IMG/VR virus record: IMGVR_UViG_2547132519_000001
Span: 1-64,000 of that record
Source: a virus
Lineage: Duplodnaviria; Caudoviricetes
Length of the DNA: 64,000 nucleotides
Reading direction: 5' to 3' (one strand)
Of the stretch, positions 31,189-40,995 are shown piece after piece. The translations under genes were made by a program, and so were the position numbers. The stretch's first letter is position 1, and the number at the start of each line of letters is the position of its first letter. The notes under the pieces are model-generated. The model searched no databases. It saw nothing but the letters and a program-made list of their open reading frames with translations, and was not told the DNA's origin.

Positions 31189-31338
31189 GTAAGAAACTCC
31201 TGTTGTAATAAGATTTTCTTACATTTTAACCGATATATAGGTACAAGAGAATTGTAACATATTTCCATTTCCATATGTGGAAGCTGTCTTGAGCGTTGTG
31301 TTTTTCTTCCTAAGCGTTGATTTATAGCTGTTTTATTT

Positions 31339-31785
31339 TTACTGATTTAAGTTTACGATTATTTCAGTACGTGGGTTTTCTTTATCAACATAACACTCCA
31401 ATGTTAAAGATGTAATATGTTTATTGTCATCATCAACAATAAAACCACTTTCGGATAATCCATCTAAGATGAATTTAGGACAACCATTATCTATATCGTG
31501 TCTGCGATTAGTTTCATAGTATGTAATAAATTTCATTTCGCATTTTTCTATGTGTAGGTTAGAATAACCTTGGTTTTCAATAAACCATTTTATGAAATCT
31601 TTCCATTTTTGCTTTAATGCATTCATCATAGGTCGCTTCATTATCATCCAAGTATTTATTGTAGGGTGATAGGGCGCATCAATGGGCCTTTTACTTGCTC
31701 TTGAATGTAGTTTGAAATAATATTTTTCGTACTCCGATAGAGTAGAGTTGTCAATTACTAATTTTAGTTTTTGTATATTAATCAC
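31339..31785 (-). CDS. RusA-like Holliday junction resolvase
   Basis: RRHDIDN..KFILDGL....IVDDD, PRTEI motifs. Confidence 0.8.
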   Translation of the reverse strand: MINIQKLKLVIDNSTLSEYEKYYFKLHSRASKRPIDAPYHPTINTWMIMKRPMMNALKQKWKDFIKWFIENQGYSNLHIEKCEMKFITYYETNRRHDIDNGCPKFILDGLSESGFIVDDDNKHITSLTLECYVDKENPRTEIIVNLNQ

Positions 31786-31831
31786 TTCCTTTATAAATAA
31801 TAAAAGAGCGACTTAGAAATCGCTCTTTCTG

Positions 31832-32356
31832 TCAATCTATAACATTTAATTCTCGCATAACTGGCTCAACGATACTGTGCATGAATCCATTGCCACCATG
31901 GGATTCATAACTCTCAAATAAATCCCAAAAGGCTTCTTTTTCCAGTTTGCTCCATTCACCAATGTCTTTGTATTTCTTATAGTAAGTAATTATGGTATCT
32001 TTCAATTTCGCCATTTCTGTTTCATCTATTTTTCGTTGCATAGATGTAATTTGCCTGCTCAATGTATCTATTTTATTGGACACATCATGCAAATCGTTTT
32101 TTAGTCTTTCATCATGTTTGATTGACTGCTCAACATCAACGCCCCTTTGCTTCCACAATTCATCAAGACTCTGTGATGTCTGAACAATGAGCTGCCTTTC
32201 CTCATTTTTTTTTCGTACCCATTTTACAGGTTTACCTATTGTTTCTGAAAACTTTCCTATGATAGTTGCACTTGCATTTATTGCCGATAGAATGAGAAAG
32301 CCAGTCACCAACCATGATATAATATCAATTTTTTGTAATTCTGCTATTTCGTTCAA
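31832..32356 (-). CDS. Membrane protein, holin-associated type
   Basis: N-terminal TM helix, coiled coil, YESHGGNG motif. Confidence 0.7.
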   Translation of the reverse strand: MNEIAELQKIDIISWLVTGFLILSAINASATIIGKFSETIGKPVKWVRKKNEERQLIVQTSQSLDELWKQRGVDVEQSIKHDERLKNDLHDVSNKIDTLSRQITSMQRKIDETEMAKLKDTIITYYKKYKDIGEWSKLEKEAFWDLFESYESHGGNGFMHSIVEPVMRELNVID

Positions 32357-32359
32357 CCA

Positions 32360-32785
32360 TTATATACCATGCCTTTCGTAATATAATGCCTTATTTTTGA
32401 TATCAAATAGAGCAGTGCCAACCAGGGAATCTAAATACTCTTCAAAGTCTGAATTGGCTAATTTTAAACATCTATAAATAGAAGTAGATAACGCTTGGCA
32501 TACTTTAGTTTTAGCCAGTTCTTTTACCTCATTCTGCTTTTCTGGAGTCCAGTCGCCGGTTTTTTTAATATCTTTTACCTCTACTTCATAAACCGATTTC
32601 ACTGACTTGACGACTTCTTCATATAAGATGGAGGCATATTTATCCAGCTTTTTAGTTTCTAGCCAAGCATAAGTCTGTTTCCACGCATAACCCAAGATGG
32701 GTACTAAAACAAGTGTCCAGATAGTTGATAAAACTTCTGAAATGTTTATATTCTGTAATACTTCATTCATGTAGTTTTCTCCCAT
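32360..32785 (-). CDS. Holin-like membrane protein
   Basis: Single N-terminal TM helix then VKSVYE..V..IKK.G pattern. Confidence 0.6.
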   Translation of the reverse strand: MGENYMNEVLQNINISEVLSTIWTLVLVPILGYAWKQTYAWLETKKLDKYASILYEEVVKSVKSVYEVEVKDIKKTGDWTPEKQNEVKELAKTKVCQALSTSIYRCLKLANSDFEEYLDSLVGTALFDIKNKALYYERHGI

Positions 32786-32896
32786 TTTATAAGGATAAAT
32801 GGCAAACCTATCCTGGCTATTGGAAATTTCCTCACAGGTATGTTATCCACTTTTACGCCCATTGTCTTGAGCAACCCATTTATAGTGTCTCTTTCT

Positions 32897-33070
32897 TTAA
32901 GAATAAAATTCGGCTAATGCTCTAAATAATTCTTTATTCTTTTCATATTTATAGGTAATTAGACCGTTGATTTTTTTTACAAATGTATATCTGATACCAA
33001 TTTCGGTCAGATAGTTAATCTCAGCCAGATATTGACTTTGATACTCTTTATCGAATTTTGTTTCGTAAAT
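32897..33070 (-). CDS. Small phage protein (57 codons, probable ATT start); not in ORF track
   Basis: Open frame (I)YETKFDKEYQSQYLAEINYL...AEFYS after a GAAAGGA RBS. Confidence 0.55.
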   Translation of the reverse strand: MYETKFDKEYQSQYLAEINYLTEIGIRYTFVKKINGLITYKYEKNKELFRALAEFYS

Positions 33071-33165
33071 TGTTCTTCATTCCTTTCAGGAGTAAAAAAT
33101 AGGGATATATAGTTTTCTAAGAATAGATTGCTATGTATCCCTTATTTCTACACTAATCTATTCAA

Positions 33166-33357
33166 TCATTTTTCAGGAGCAGAAGCTTCCTTAATCGTAT
33201 ATTTTCCATTATCACAATTTAAATCGACTGTTTTACCGAGATACCGTTCAACATGATCAGATTTGTTAAATACAATCTGTGTTGAGATTTTATCAATATC
33301 TACAACAATACAGTCGTAATCATAGTCGCTAATTACTTCTTTTACTTTTAGTTTCAC
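33166..33357 (-). CDS. Hypothetical protein
   Basis: 63-aa ORF with AAGGAGG RBS and GTG start. Confidence 0.7.
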   Translation of the reverse strand: MKLKVKEVISDYDYDCIVVDIDKISTQIVFNKSDHVERYLGKTVDLNCDNGKYTIKEASAPEK

Positions 33358-33382
33358 TAATAGCCCTCCTTAAAGATGGGAT

Positions 33383-34183
33383 TTAAGCCCATCTTGTCAT
33401 CTGAATCATAGTAGAGCTGTTAGCAGCTTTCATGATTTCACATTCAAATGATGTGGGCTGAGGGTCACCTTCGGCAGAAAAGTCTAATTTCAGGTTACTT
33501 GACCATTTTAAATTCGGAATTACAACCTGAAATGCTTCATCTTTTCCAGTTTCTCTGTTTCTAATAACCGTATTGCCCACAAGTTTATATGTACCACTAA
33601 AGTGAGAAGAATCGATAACATATGTCTCAGTGGACGCAGCACTCGAAAACGTGTAGTAGACCACAAGCTTCTTATCCGCAGCTGCCGGTACTGTCAATGT
33701 TTTGCCAGTTAATGTAGCGTTAGTCATAACAATAGGAGTTCCGCAGTCATTCTCAACTTCATAAACAAGAATTCCAGAAGCCGCCTCTTTTGGTACATAA
33801 GCTAATTCGATTACGCCAGACGGAGATGCGGTAAGTGGGTATAATTCACCCTTATCAACAGGTGTAGTTCCTGTGGTATCGTATGCTGTAGCCTGTCTCA
33901 TATATACAGTCTGAGCACCGGTTACTGTAGCCACGCCTGAGATTAATTCCAATGATTTTGGAGAGAGGAGAGCATCTTCAATTGTAAGTTTACCTTCCTT
34001 ATTTAACTCCCAGGTAATTAATTTAGCATTACCCTTACCTCCTCGCGCGTAAACTTTTTCCGATGTTACCTCAATACTAGATGTTTTTAATGTATCAAAG
34101 AAAATAGATGGTTTATTTGTAGACATATCATATAAGATTACATCCATAACCTCTTTAGCACCAAATTTTGTATTAGCACCCAT
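33383..34183 (-). CDS. Major tail tube protein
   Basis: FGAKEV.DV, ARGGKGN.KLITW, SAEGDP; strong RBS; synteny. Confidence 0.8.
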   Translation of the reverse strand: MGANTKFGAKEVMDVILYDMSTNKPSIFFDTLKTSSIEVTSEKVYARGGKGNAKLITWELNKEGKLTIEDALLSPKSLELISGVATVTGAQTVYMRQATAYDTTGTTPVDKGELYPLTASPSGVIELAYVPKEAASGILVYEVENDCGTPIVMTNATLTGKTLTVPAAADKKLVVYYTFSSAASTETYVIDSSHFSGTYKLVGNTVIRNRETGKDEAFQVVIPNLKWSSNLKLDFSAEGDPQPTSFECEIMKAANSSTMIQMTRWA

Positions 34184-34234
34184 TTTGTTACCTCCTTAAT
34201 TTTTTGCAATAAAAAAGACCAGTAATTTACTGAT

Positions 34235-35017
34235 CTAGTTTTCTTTTTGTTTTATTTTTGAAAGCCAATGCTGAAGATTTACTTCATCACTTTTTGCACC
34301 AGCAAGTAACGCTTGTATATTTACGTGGAAATCGTCCATTATTTTTAGACGATTAAACTGATTGTTAAATTGATATATATCGTATAAATCATAGACATTT
34401 TGTAAAGGCATATGTTCAGCCTCAGCAAAGATACTTATCAAATCAGCCATTGTTAAATCATCATCGTCATCTCCAATGCGTTTTAATTTATTGACCTTTT
34501 CTCTAAGCTTCCGACGTTTCTCCAATAGACTTTTAGCCATATCGTTATCTGGATTATCTACATATTCCATATAATTAATATCAATTAGGCAATTACGGCT
34601 TTTAAGTATCTGTCTGAATTTATCATAGTTTATACTATTTAAGAGGTATTTACTTTCCTCCCCAATAATAAATCCATAATTCGCATCAAAAGTCACCTTA
34701 TTTTTAAAGAATAGACTCAAAAAAGAGGGGACTAGTTCACACATTAAGTCAGTGCTTGACAGTATTTCGCCACTTTCTAATGCTTTGTATTCTTGAAGGA
34801 GATTTAATACAACATACAGGAAAGTTGATGATTGTTCTGCATTAGATAAGTATTCTTTAGCTTTATCATCATCCATACATAACAAAGAGATGATATTTTG
34901 TGCCTTAGTAAAGCCAAAATCGGCCATTTCCCCCAGTGTCACCTTATATGTTGGGATATTATCAAAATATAAAATGCTGCCTCTCTGTAATTTATGTTCT
35001 AGATCATATTTATTCAA
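34235..35017 (-). CDS. Phage tail assembly/hypothetical protein
   Basis: 260-aa ORF, DIYQFNNQFNRL...LLAGAK; synteny. Confidence 0.7.
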   Translation of the reverse strand: MNKYDLEHKLQRGSILYFDNIPTYKVTLGEMADFGFTKAQNIISLLCMDDDKAKEYLSNAEQSSTFLYVVLNLLQEYKALESGEILSSTDLMCELVPSFLSLFFKNKVTFDANYGFIIGEESKYLLNSINYDKFRQILKSRNCLIDINYMEYVDNPDNDMAKSLLEKRRKLREKVNKLKRIGDDDDDLTMADLISIFAEAEHMPLQNVYDLYDIYQFNNQFNRLKIMDDFHVNIQALLAGAKSDEVNLQHWLSKIKQKEN

Positions 35018-35028
35018 AAGACACCACC

Positions 35029-35514
35029 TTATAGTTTGTTTTTTAAGTTGAATTCAGAGCAGCTATATATAAGCTGTTTGCCGTAATATTTATCTCCAAT
35101 AGTTAGATATGTAGCAGAATTTAGGTGAAGCTGTCCAATGCCAAATTCTCTTGAACTCTGTAGCTTTCGATCTAACATATCTGTTAGAATATCAGCTCTT
35201 GTTCCTAAGTAGCCTTTTTTCGAATATCTCATGTAATCTTTATCTTTGTGGCAGTAGCACCAAATTATAATCTTCATATCCTTTACTGAAAAATTTGCCA
35301 CTCTAGGAACATCAACTTCCATACATATATAAGATTTAGTTTCTACTTGCGTATCGTTTACATATAAATATGGAAATACATATTTATATAATAAATCATC
35401 ATAAACAGTCTCTTGATTATAATCCTTACCCAGTAGTAGTTCACATATATCATCTGATTGCGTTATAAATGATATTAGCCTTGATTTATAAATTCCTACA
35501 TCTTTTAAAGTCAT
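35029..35514 (-). CDS. Head-tail connector/tail terminator (putative)
   Basis: 161-aa ORF; position in structural operon. Confidence 0.6.
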   Translation of the reverse strand: MTLKDVGIYKSRLISFITQSDDICELLLGKDYNQETVYDDLLYKYVFPYLYVNDTQVETKSYICMEVDVPRVANFSVKDMKIIIWCYCHKDKDYMRYSKKGYLGTRADILTDMLDRKLQSSREFGIGQLHLNSATYLTIGDKYYGKQLIYSCSEFNLKNKL

Positions 35515-35524
35515 TCAACACCTC

Positions 35525-36562
35525 CTAAAATGCACTTATTAAAACATTGGTCGATGTTGAAAACCCACTGTGTTCATCTTTAACCGAGATTGTTAAATTT
35601 GATTGATCCATATTTTCATCATTACATGAGATGTGCAATTCGTTATTCACAATAACCATTTCTACTAAGCCTACCGGTTCAATAGTCCAGATGGGAGTCA
35701 TATCCAAATAATTACCATCTTTATCGGTTAAAGTAGCGACAAACTTCTTTTTACTACCTCCAATGCGAATAGTACTAGATCCTACATAGTTGATATGTGC
35801 AGATAAATTCGCTGTTTCATCGGGTGGATCTGGGGCCGGTGGGGGAGTAGAAGACGAAATATAACTTGCAATCCAAACCTCAGTACCGTCTATAAGCAAG
35901 ACTCGCTTATCAGTGTCTTTATTGTAGGCATCAAATGATAATGTAAGTGTCATATTGCTACCACGTCCAAAATACTGGTAATTATTTAAATTGACTTTAC
36001 GGTTTGTTAATTTATAAATGTCTGGCTCTTTAGCATCATCTAAATCAATAGGAAAACGCATATCTCTTTTAAGCTGTTTGGTTTCTTCATCAATTGGTAC
36101 TGTAAGTCCATACTGGTTGTCACCAATAGCAATTGTATTATTGCCTGAAATTCCAGAGGAGTATTTGGTGAAATCCTCTGAATATGCCCAGCGCTCAACT
36201 ATTCCACCTTTTGAGTTCTGCCACCTTAAAGGTACAGTGCATAAGTACATATAGCCTGAATGGTAAGCTTTTTCATCTGAATCAATTAGCATTACTAGCC
36301 AGTGTTGATTATTCCATTCTATATAGTCACCTAAATTAAATGGATCAGAATGTTTGGCTTTTATTTTCTTCTTAAAAGTATTTCCCTCTGTATCTTTGAT
36401 TATAATCAATTCATATGGCAGACCATTTCTACTAACAACATGATAATCAATAGTATCAGCAAAATGTTCATCTACATGTTTATTAAGTAAGTATAAATCT
36501 GTTTCCTGTTTACTCGAAGACTTGTAGGTGTTGTTTATTTTCTGAAAATATGTAATATTCAT
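35525..36562 (-). CDS. Head-closure/neck protein with Ig-like C-terminus (putative)
   Basis: 345-aa ORF with Pro-rich linker and beta-rich tail. Confidence 0.6.
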   Translation of the reverse strand: MNITYFQKINNTYKSSSKQETDLYLLNKHVDEHFADTIDYHVVSRNGLPYELIIIKDTEGNTFKKKIKAKHSDPFNLGDYIEWNNQHWLVMLIDSDEKAYHSGYMYLCTVPLRWQNSKGGIVERWAYSEDFTKYSSGISGNNTIAIGDNQYGLTVPIDEETKQLKRDMRFPIDLDDAKEPDIYKLTNRKVNLNNYQYFGRGSNMTLTLSFDAYNKDTDKRVLLIDGTEVWIASYISSSTPPPAPDPPDETANLSAHINYVGSSTIRIGGSKKKFVATLTDKDGNYLDMTPIWTIEPVGLVEMVIVNNELHISCNDENMDQSNLTISVKDEHSGFSTSTNVLISAF

Positions 36563-36572
36563 AAAACACCAC

Positions 36573-37061
36573 CTACTCTAAGCATTGACTATAGTCAATT
36601 AATTTTTTCTTTCCAGTCAACCTGTTTACAGATGCATATTGTGAAATCTTAACTACGTTTTCATTTTTGATTTCTCTCAACATATCGGTAAATGTCTTTC
36701 TTTCTGAAGCTGGAGAAAATTGATTTAGATCACTAGGAGTCATTGATATTTTAAATGCTTTAAGTAAAGATAAATCTCTCTCAAAATAAACTTCTCTCAT
36801 TAAGTCGGATATAATACCCTGTTCTTTTTTTGTTAGATCAAAATTAAACTCTGCTATATCTTCACTATAGTCAAAGAAGTCCACATCAGGAGTACATTCA
36901 TCAACTAATCTTTCGATTGCTTCATACAAATAATTTACCGCCTGACTCCTTGCTAAAATTAAAGCTTCTTCTAATGAGACATTATAATAAGAAAAAAAGT
37001 CTCTATCCTTTTCTATTTTATAAAAAAATTTTTGTATTAAAGAATCAAATGGTGTTGACAA
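36573..37061 (-). CDS. Head-tail adaptor (putative)
   Basis: 162-aa ORF following capsid genes. Confidence 0.6.
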   Translation of the reverse strand: MSTPFDSLIQKFFYKIEKDRDFFSYYNVSLEEALILARSQAVNYLYEAIERLVDECTPDVDFFDYSEDIAEFNFDLTKKEQGIISDLMREVYFERDLSLLKAFKISMTPSDLNQFSPASERKTFTDMLREIKNENVVKISQYASVNRLTGKKKLIDYSQCLE

Positions 37062-37075
37062 TTATGCTCGCCCCC

Positions 37076-37783
37076 TTAATTCTTCTTGGGTCTTCCAGGT
37101 TTCTTAACTGGTTCTTCTTTTACTTCTGCAATATCATTGTTAATCTCGTTAATGGTATCAGCATTAATGGAGGGTAATGCAAGCATTTTTTCCATCATTT
37201 CCTGCATTTTAGTCATCTGTTTTTGTAGAGCAATATTCTGTTCTTTTAAAGCATCTACTTCTTCAGACTGTATTGATGTTGTAACATCTTTTGGCTTAAT
37301 AACAATTTCAGTATTACGAATACCCCTGCGTAGCTCATCTGATCTAGTCTTAATGATACTTTCTATTCGCATAGAAATATCGTTGTCTGTTGAATTCTTT
37401 AAGCGAATGAATACTCCGCGAAGCCTATCGAATGTTCCAATGTCCTTAATTCTAACTAATTTTAGAAGCTTATCCATGCTCGGAGATAAAATAATGTTTT
37501 CCATCTCCTTAATCGTAAGCAAGTCTTTCCAATTTGGAATTCTTAAATAATCCTCATACATTTCTTGTTCAATCTCTTCTGGAAATCTTAGAATTCCGCT
37601 TTTAAAAGCGGCGGAGTTTCCATTAATATAAAGGATTTCTTCTAAATTAAGCGGGAGAATGGTTGGTGTTTCACTATCTACAGCTGGTTCAATAGCATAA
37701 CTATCATGCTTTGTAGATACAACAACGATATTTTCATTGTAATTAAGTAGGTTAATCGTTTTCATATCTTTAATCATATTCAA
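37076..37783 (-). CDS. Hypothetical protein downstream of capsid
   Basis: 235-aa ORF ending KKPGRPKKN. Confidence 0.7.
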   Translation of the reverse strand: MNMIKDMKTINLLNYNENIVVVSTKHDSYAIEPAVDSETPTILPLNLEEILYINGNSAAFKSGILRFPEEIEQEMYEDYLRIPNWKDLLTIKEMENIILSPSMDKLLKLVRIKDIGTFDRLRGVFIRLKNSTDNDISMRIESIIKTRSDELRRGIRNTEIVIKPKDVTTSIQSEEVDALKEQNIALQKQMTKMQEMMEKMLALPSINADTINEINNDIAEVKEEPVKKPGRPKKN

Positions 37784-37833
37784 ATCATCCTTTTAAAATA
37801 GGAGAGGTTTATCCCTCTCCCGTATTTGTTTAT

Positions 37834-38826
37834 TTATTTTGCCATTGTAATTTTAGCTAATTTTTCAATATCAGTAATGCAATAACCATACTCAAAGCCT
37901 GCCAGTTTCACATTGACTTTTTCCTCGTTATTATCCATTGTTTCATAAACCCTAATATCACCCTTCTGGTCAAGAGTACCAATCTTACCAGCAACACCAA
38001 AAATCTTTTTATCTGGGAGGAGATAAGCACCAGAAACAAGTTTCTTCGCACCGGAAATTGAAGCAATATTAATACCGTCGTTAAAACTTACTAGTCCATA
38101 TCTATTGAAGTTATTTTTCATATCATCAGATAAATACTGCGCACGTCCAGACATTCTTCCCAGTGCCTGTGCATACTTAGAAAGAGTTACTGCTACAGGA
38201 GATGAATCTCTATCTAAAAGGTACAAACCAAATTTGTCCCATGAAGTGAGAGAAGGAGCCGCTTCAGTTTCGGCAATAGCCTGTTCTCCACCCGCAATGG
38301 CTGTGTCTATAGTGGTAAAGATATCATAAAACTGCTTATTTCTTAGTGCTTCTACGGCATAGTTGGTAAGAAGTGCAACAGACTTAAATCCATTACGTCT
38401 CATTTCAATGTAAGGGAGTTCAAATTCAACCTGGGCAGTTTTCCAAGTGGGTTTTAAAGAAGCAAAGTCAATATATGACTTATCTACATTACCACCAATT
38501 ACGGCATCGTGTGCTTCCATTGTATTCTTTGGAGTTTTATCTACACTGTAATCATCAAATTCCCCTACCGTACCTCTGTCAAATAATTTGTCCAGTAACT
38601 CGTCTGGGGCATTGTACACTTCATCAGTTACAGTTCTTTTAATAAAAGCTCCAATTTCGCAATCCCTATCATTACCATTGGACGCAATTTCTCTTACCCA
38701 TGCATCACAAATTTCAGATACCTCTTTTTCTTCTGCGGAAAGATTTCTATTATATGTAAGCTTCTGGGCAATATTGAAAACCTGCCCATCTTTATTCATT
38801 AATTCAGCAATTTCTGTTTTTAACAT
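37834..38826 (-). CDS. Major capsid protein (start MLKTEI at 38826)
   Basis: 330 aa, GGAGG RBS, follows protease/decoration genes. Confidence 0.75.
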   Translation of the reverse strand: MLKTEIAELMNKDGQVFNIAQKLTYNRNLSAEEKEVSEICDAWVREIASNGNDRDCEIGAFIKRTVTDEVYNAPDELLDKLFDRGTVGEFDDYSVDKTPKNTMEAHDAVIGGNVDKSYIDFASLKPTWKTAQVEFELPYIEMRRNGFKSVALLTNYAVEALRNKQFYDIFTTIDTAIAGGEQAIAETEAAPSLTSWDKFGLYLLDRDSSPVAVTLSKYAQALGRMSGRAQYLSDDMKNNFNRYGLVSFNDGINIASISGAKKLVSGAYLLPDKKIFGVAGKIGTLDQKGDIRVYETMDNNEEKVNVKLAGFEYGYCITDIEKLAKITMAK

Positions 38827-38900
38827 CTTAATTCCTCCATTCGGTTTTTGAGCATAAAAATAACGGCACCCATATGCCGTCACATTAAAAATATTTTAAA

Positions 38901-39347
38901 TTAGCCAATTACTTCAATAACATGAAGAGTATGAGTATCAACAACTTTGGTTCCACGATATACAAACTTTGTGGCATCAGCAGACTTTGCAAATTTGCCA
39001 TCAATACCAAGTGCTAAATAATCTCCTTTAATTGCTCCAGTAGAAAACTGATCTGTCGCATATCTCTCAGGAAATTCCGGAGGTACAAGTTTTACACCAT
39101 TACCTGTCTTGATTTGCATAAACATTTCTTCATAGTCAGAAAATTCTCCAAGTCCAGCGTAAATTCCATCAGCACGCTTTTCCTTTGTTACAAAAAACAC
39201 TCCTTTATCCGTAGGAGCATCTGGAAATCCTACTTCCCTGTCCTTCGTATAATCTTTTACAACACCCATACCCACAACCAAATCAACAGTAGTAATATTT
39301 GTAGAATCATACACCTTACCAGTATTTGTCTGTAATTCTCTTAACAT
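38901..39347 (-). CDS. Capsid decoration/stabilising protein (putative)
   Basis: 148-aa ORF between scaffold and capsid genes. Confidence 0.6.
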   Translation of the reverse strand: MLRELQTNTGKVYDSTNITTVDLVVGMGVVKDYTKDREVGFPDAPTDKGVFFVTKEKRADGIYAGLGEFSDYEEMFMQIKTGNGVKLVPPEFPERYATDQFSTGAIKGDYLALGIDGKFAKSADATKFVYRGTKVVDTHTLHVIEVIG

Positions 39348-39363
39348 TATTTTATTCCTCCTT

Positions 39364-40830
39364 TTATTTACCTAAATAGCTTTTCATTATAGATTTCACA
39401 TCTAGTTGATCATCCTCTAAATTATTCAGATTTACAGAAGCAGTAGATGTTTTAATCTCATCATTATGTAGATTTTCTGATATTAAAGTCTCCTGACCAT
39501 TTAAGGATTCCATATATCTCTCAGCTAAAATTGCCTTTAGTGATTTATCATCTAGAGTATCAACATACTCCTTTAATTCTTCTGAACTTTCAATCTCTTC
39601 TTTCGTAATTAAACCTGATTTCGTAATAGAAGACACTAGAGTATTTTTCTTTTCCTGCAACTCAGCGGCTACCTTTTCCTGTTCCGCTTTCTCAAATTTC
39701 TCCTTAAACGGAGTAAGAGTACTTACTTCTGCTTTAAGTTTTGAAATTTCTTCTCCTGATTTAATAATAGCATCATCTTTAGTTGAGATTTCTGATTCTA
39801 ATTCTGCTACCTTTGTATTGATTTCAGAAATGCTAACTGTCAATTTTACATTTTCCGGATCAGAAACAGTAATAGTATCGTTGTTTACTTCGTAGGTCAT
39901 GCGCACAAAGTCTAATTCCGATTCCCTGCCATCTACCTCCAACCAAACCTCTTTATCTATTGGAAAATGAAAGGAGATCCAGCACCACTTGTCTAATTTT
40001 GCTCTACAAGCCTCTCGAATCTTTTTTCTTAAATCATATTCAGTAAGCTGAGAAATTTCAGTTGTATCATTATTTGAGGTTGCAACAGGAGTTTCTTCAA
40101 TCGCTCCTTCTGCTTTATTTTCAGCAACCTGCGTTACATTCTTTTTCAGCAAATCATTATCCTCCTTTGCTTTTTTTTCATTATCTAAACCATGACATAT
40201 AATGTCTTGGGATAGTGCCTCTGCAACAAACAATCCATTACTCATATCTGTAGAAAGGGATAATGCTTTTGCATCTACTCCATACGATGGTTTTGCATAT
40301 TCATACCCAAGTAGCGTATTAGCTAAAAACTCATAATCAGCCACTCTTTTAACACCATCTTTATATTCGTATGAAGAGATGACGATTTCCCAACTACCAA
40401 AGAGTTTCCCAATTGAAAAAAGCCGCCTTACGGCAGCTACAACATTTTCATATCTTTTCCATATTCTGTATTTAGCATAAAGACAAGGTAAATTTTTAAT
40501 AACTCCGCGAACATCTACGTCGGCATTTTCTATATATACTTCTGTATGTGTACCTATAGACTGAGTACCAAAAGAAATATTACCATTCTGATCTTTTGAC
40601 ATTTCATGTCCGGAGAATGTTGGTAGGCCCACAATATTAGTTCTATATTTTGCTTGAACTGGCATATTAACCAAGGTCTCTGCTTTCTGTTCAGCTCCGT
40701 CAGATGGGAGGAGTACACCATTTGCATTAGTGTCATCGTAGTAGCAAATTCTACTTGTAAGTTCCAAATAAGTGTTGCTTTCAGATATTTCTATAATTTC
40801 ACTCGCAATAAAAATATTTTCTGTATTCAT
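39364..40830 (-). CDS. Prohead protease/scaffold protein
   Basis: Protease-like N-terminus (GHE..., SWEI) plus long acidic coiled coil. Confidence 0.7.
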   Translation of the reverse strand: MNTENIFIASEIIEISESNTYLELTSRICYYDDTNANGVLLPSDGAEQKAETLVNMPVQAKYRTNIVGLPTFSGHEMSKDQNGNISFGTQSIGTHTEVYIENADVDVRGVIKNLPCLYAKYRIWKRYENVVAAVRRLFSIGKLFGSWEIVISSYEYKDGVKRVADYEFLANTLLGYEYAKPSYGVDAKALSLSTDMSNGLFVAEALSQDIICHGLDNEKKAKEDNDLLKKNVTQVAENKAEGAIEETPVATSNNDTTEISQLTEYDLRKKIREACRAKLDKWCWISFHFPIDKEVWLEVDGRESELDFVRMTYEVNNDTITVSDPENVKLTVSISEINTKVAELESEISTKDDAIIKSGEEISKLKAEVSTLTPFKEKFEKAEQEKVAAELQEKKNTLVSSITKSGLITKEEIESSEELKEYVDTLDDKSLKAILAERYMESLNGQETLISENLHNDEIKTSTASVNLNNLEDDQLDVKSIMKSYLGK

Positions 40831-40845
40831 TTTTTCACCACCTTC

Positions 40846-40995
40846 CTAACCAAGAAGAATATTGTGTTTTTTTAACAATTCTTGCTCTAAAATGGCCTGA
40901 TCATAATTAAAATCATTTTTCTTAGCAATATCACTGACAGGTAAAGTGACTAGTAACTTTTTATTGCAACAGGGACAAATAATTTCTACTATCAT
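40846..40995 (-). CDS. Small Cys-containing protein (49 aa); not in ORF track
   Basis: MIVEIICPCCNKKLL...; ATGA overlap with portal stop. Confidence 0.55.
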   Translation of the reverse strand: MIVEIICPCCNKKLLVTLPVSDIAKKNDFNYDQAILEQELLKKHNILLG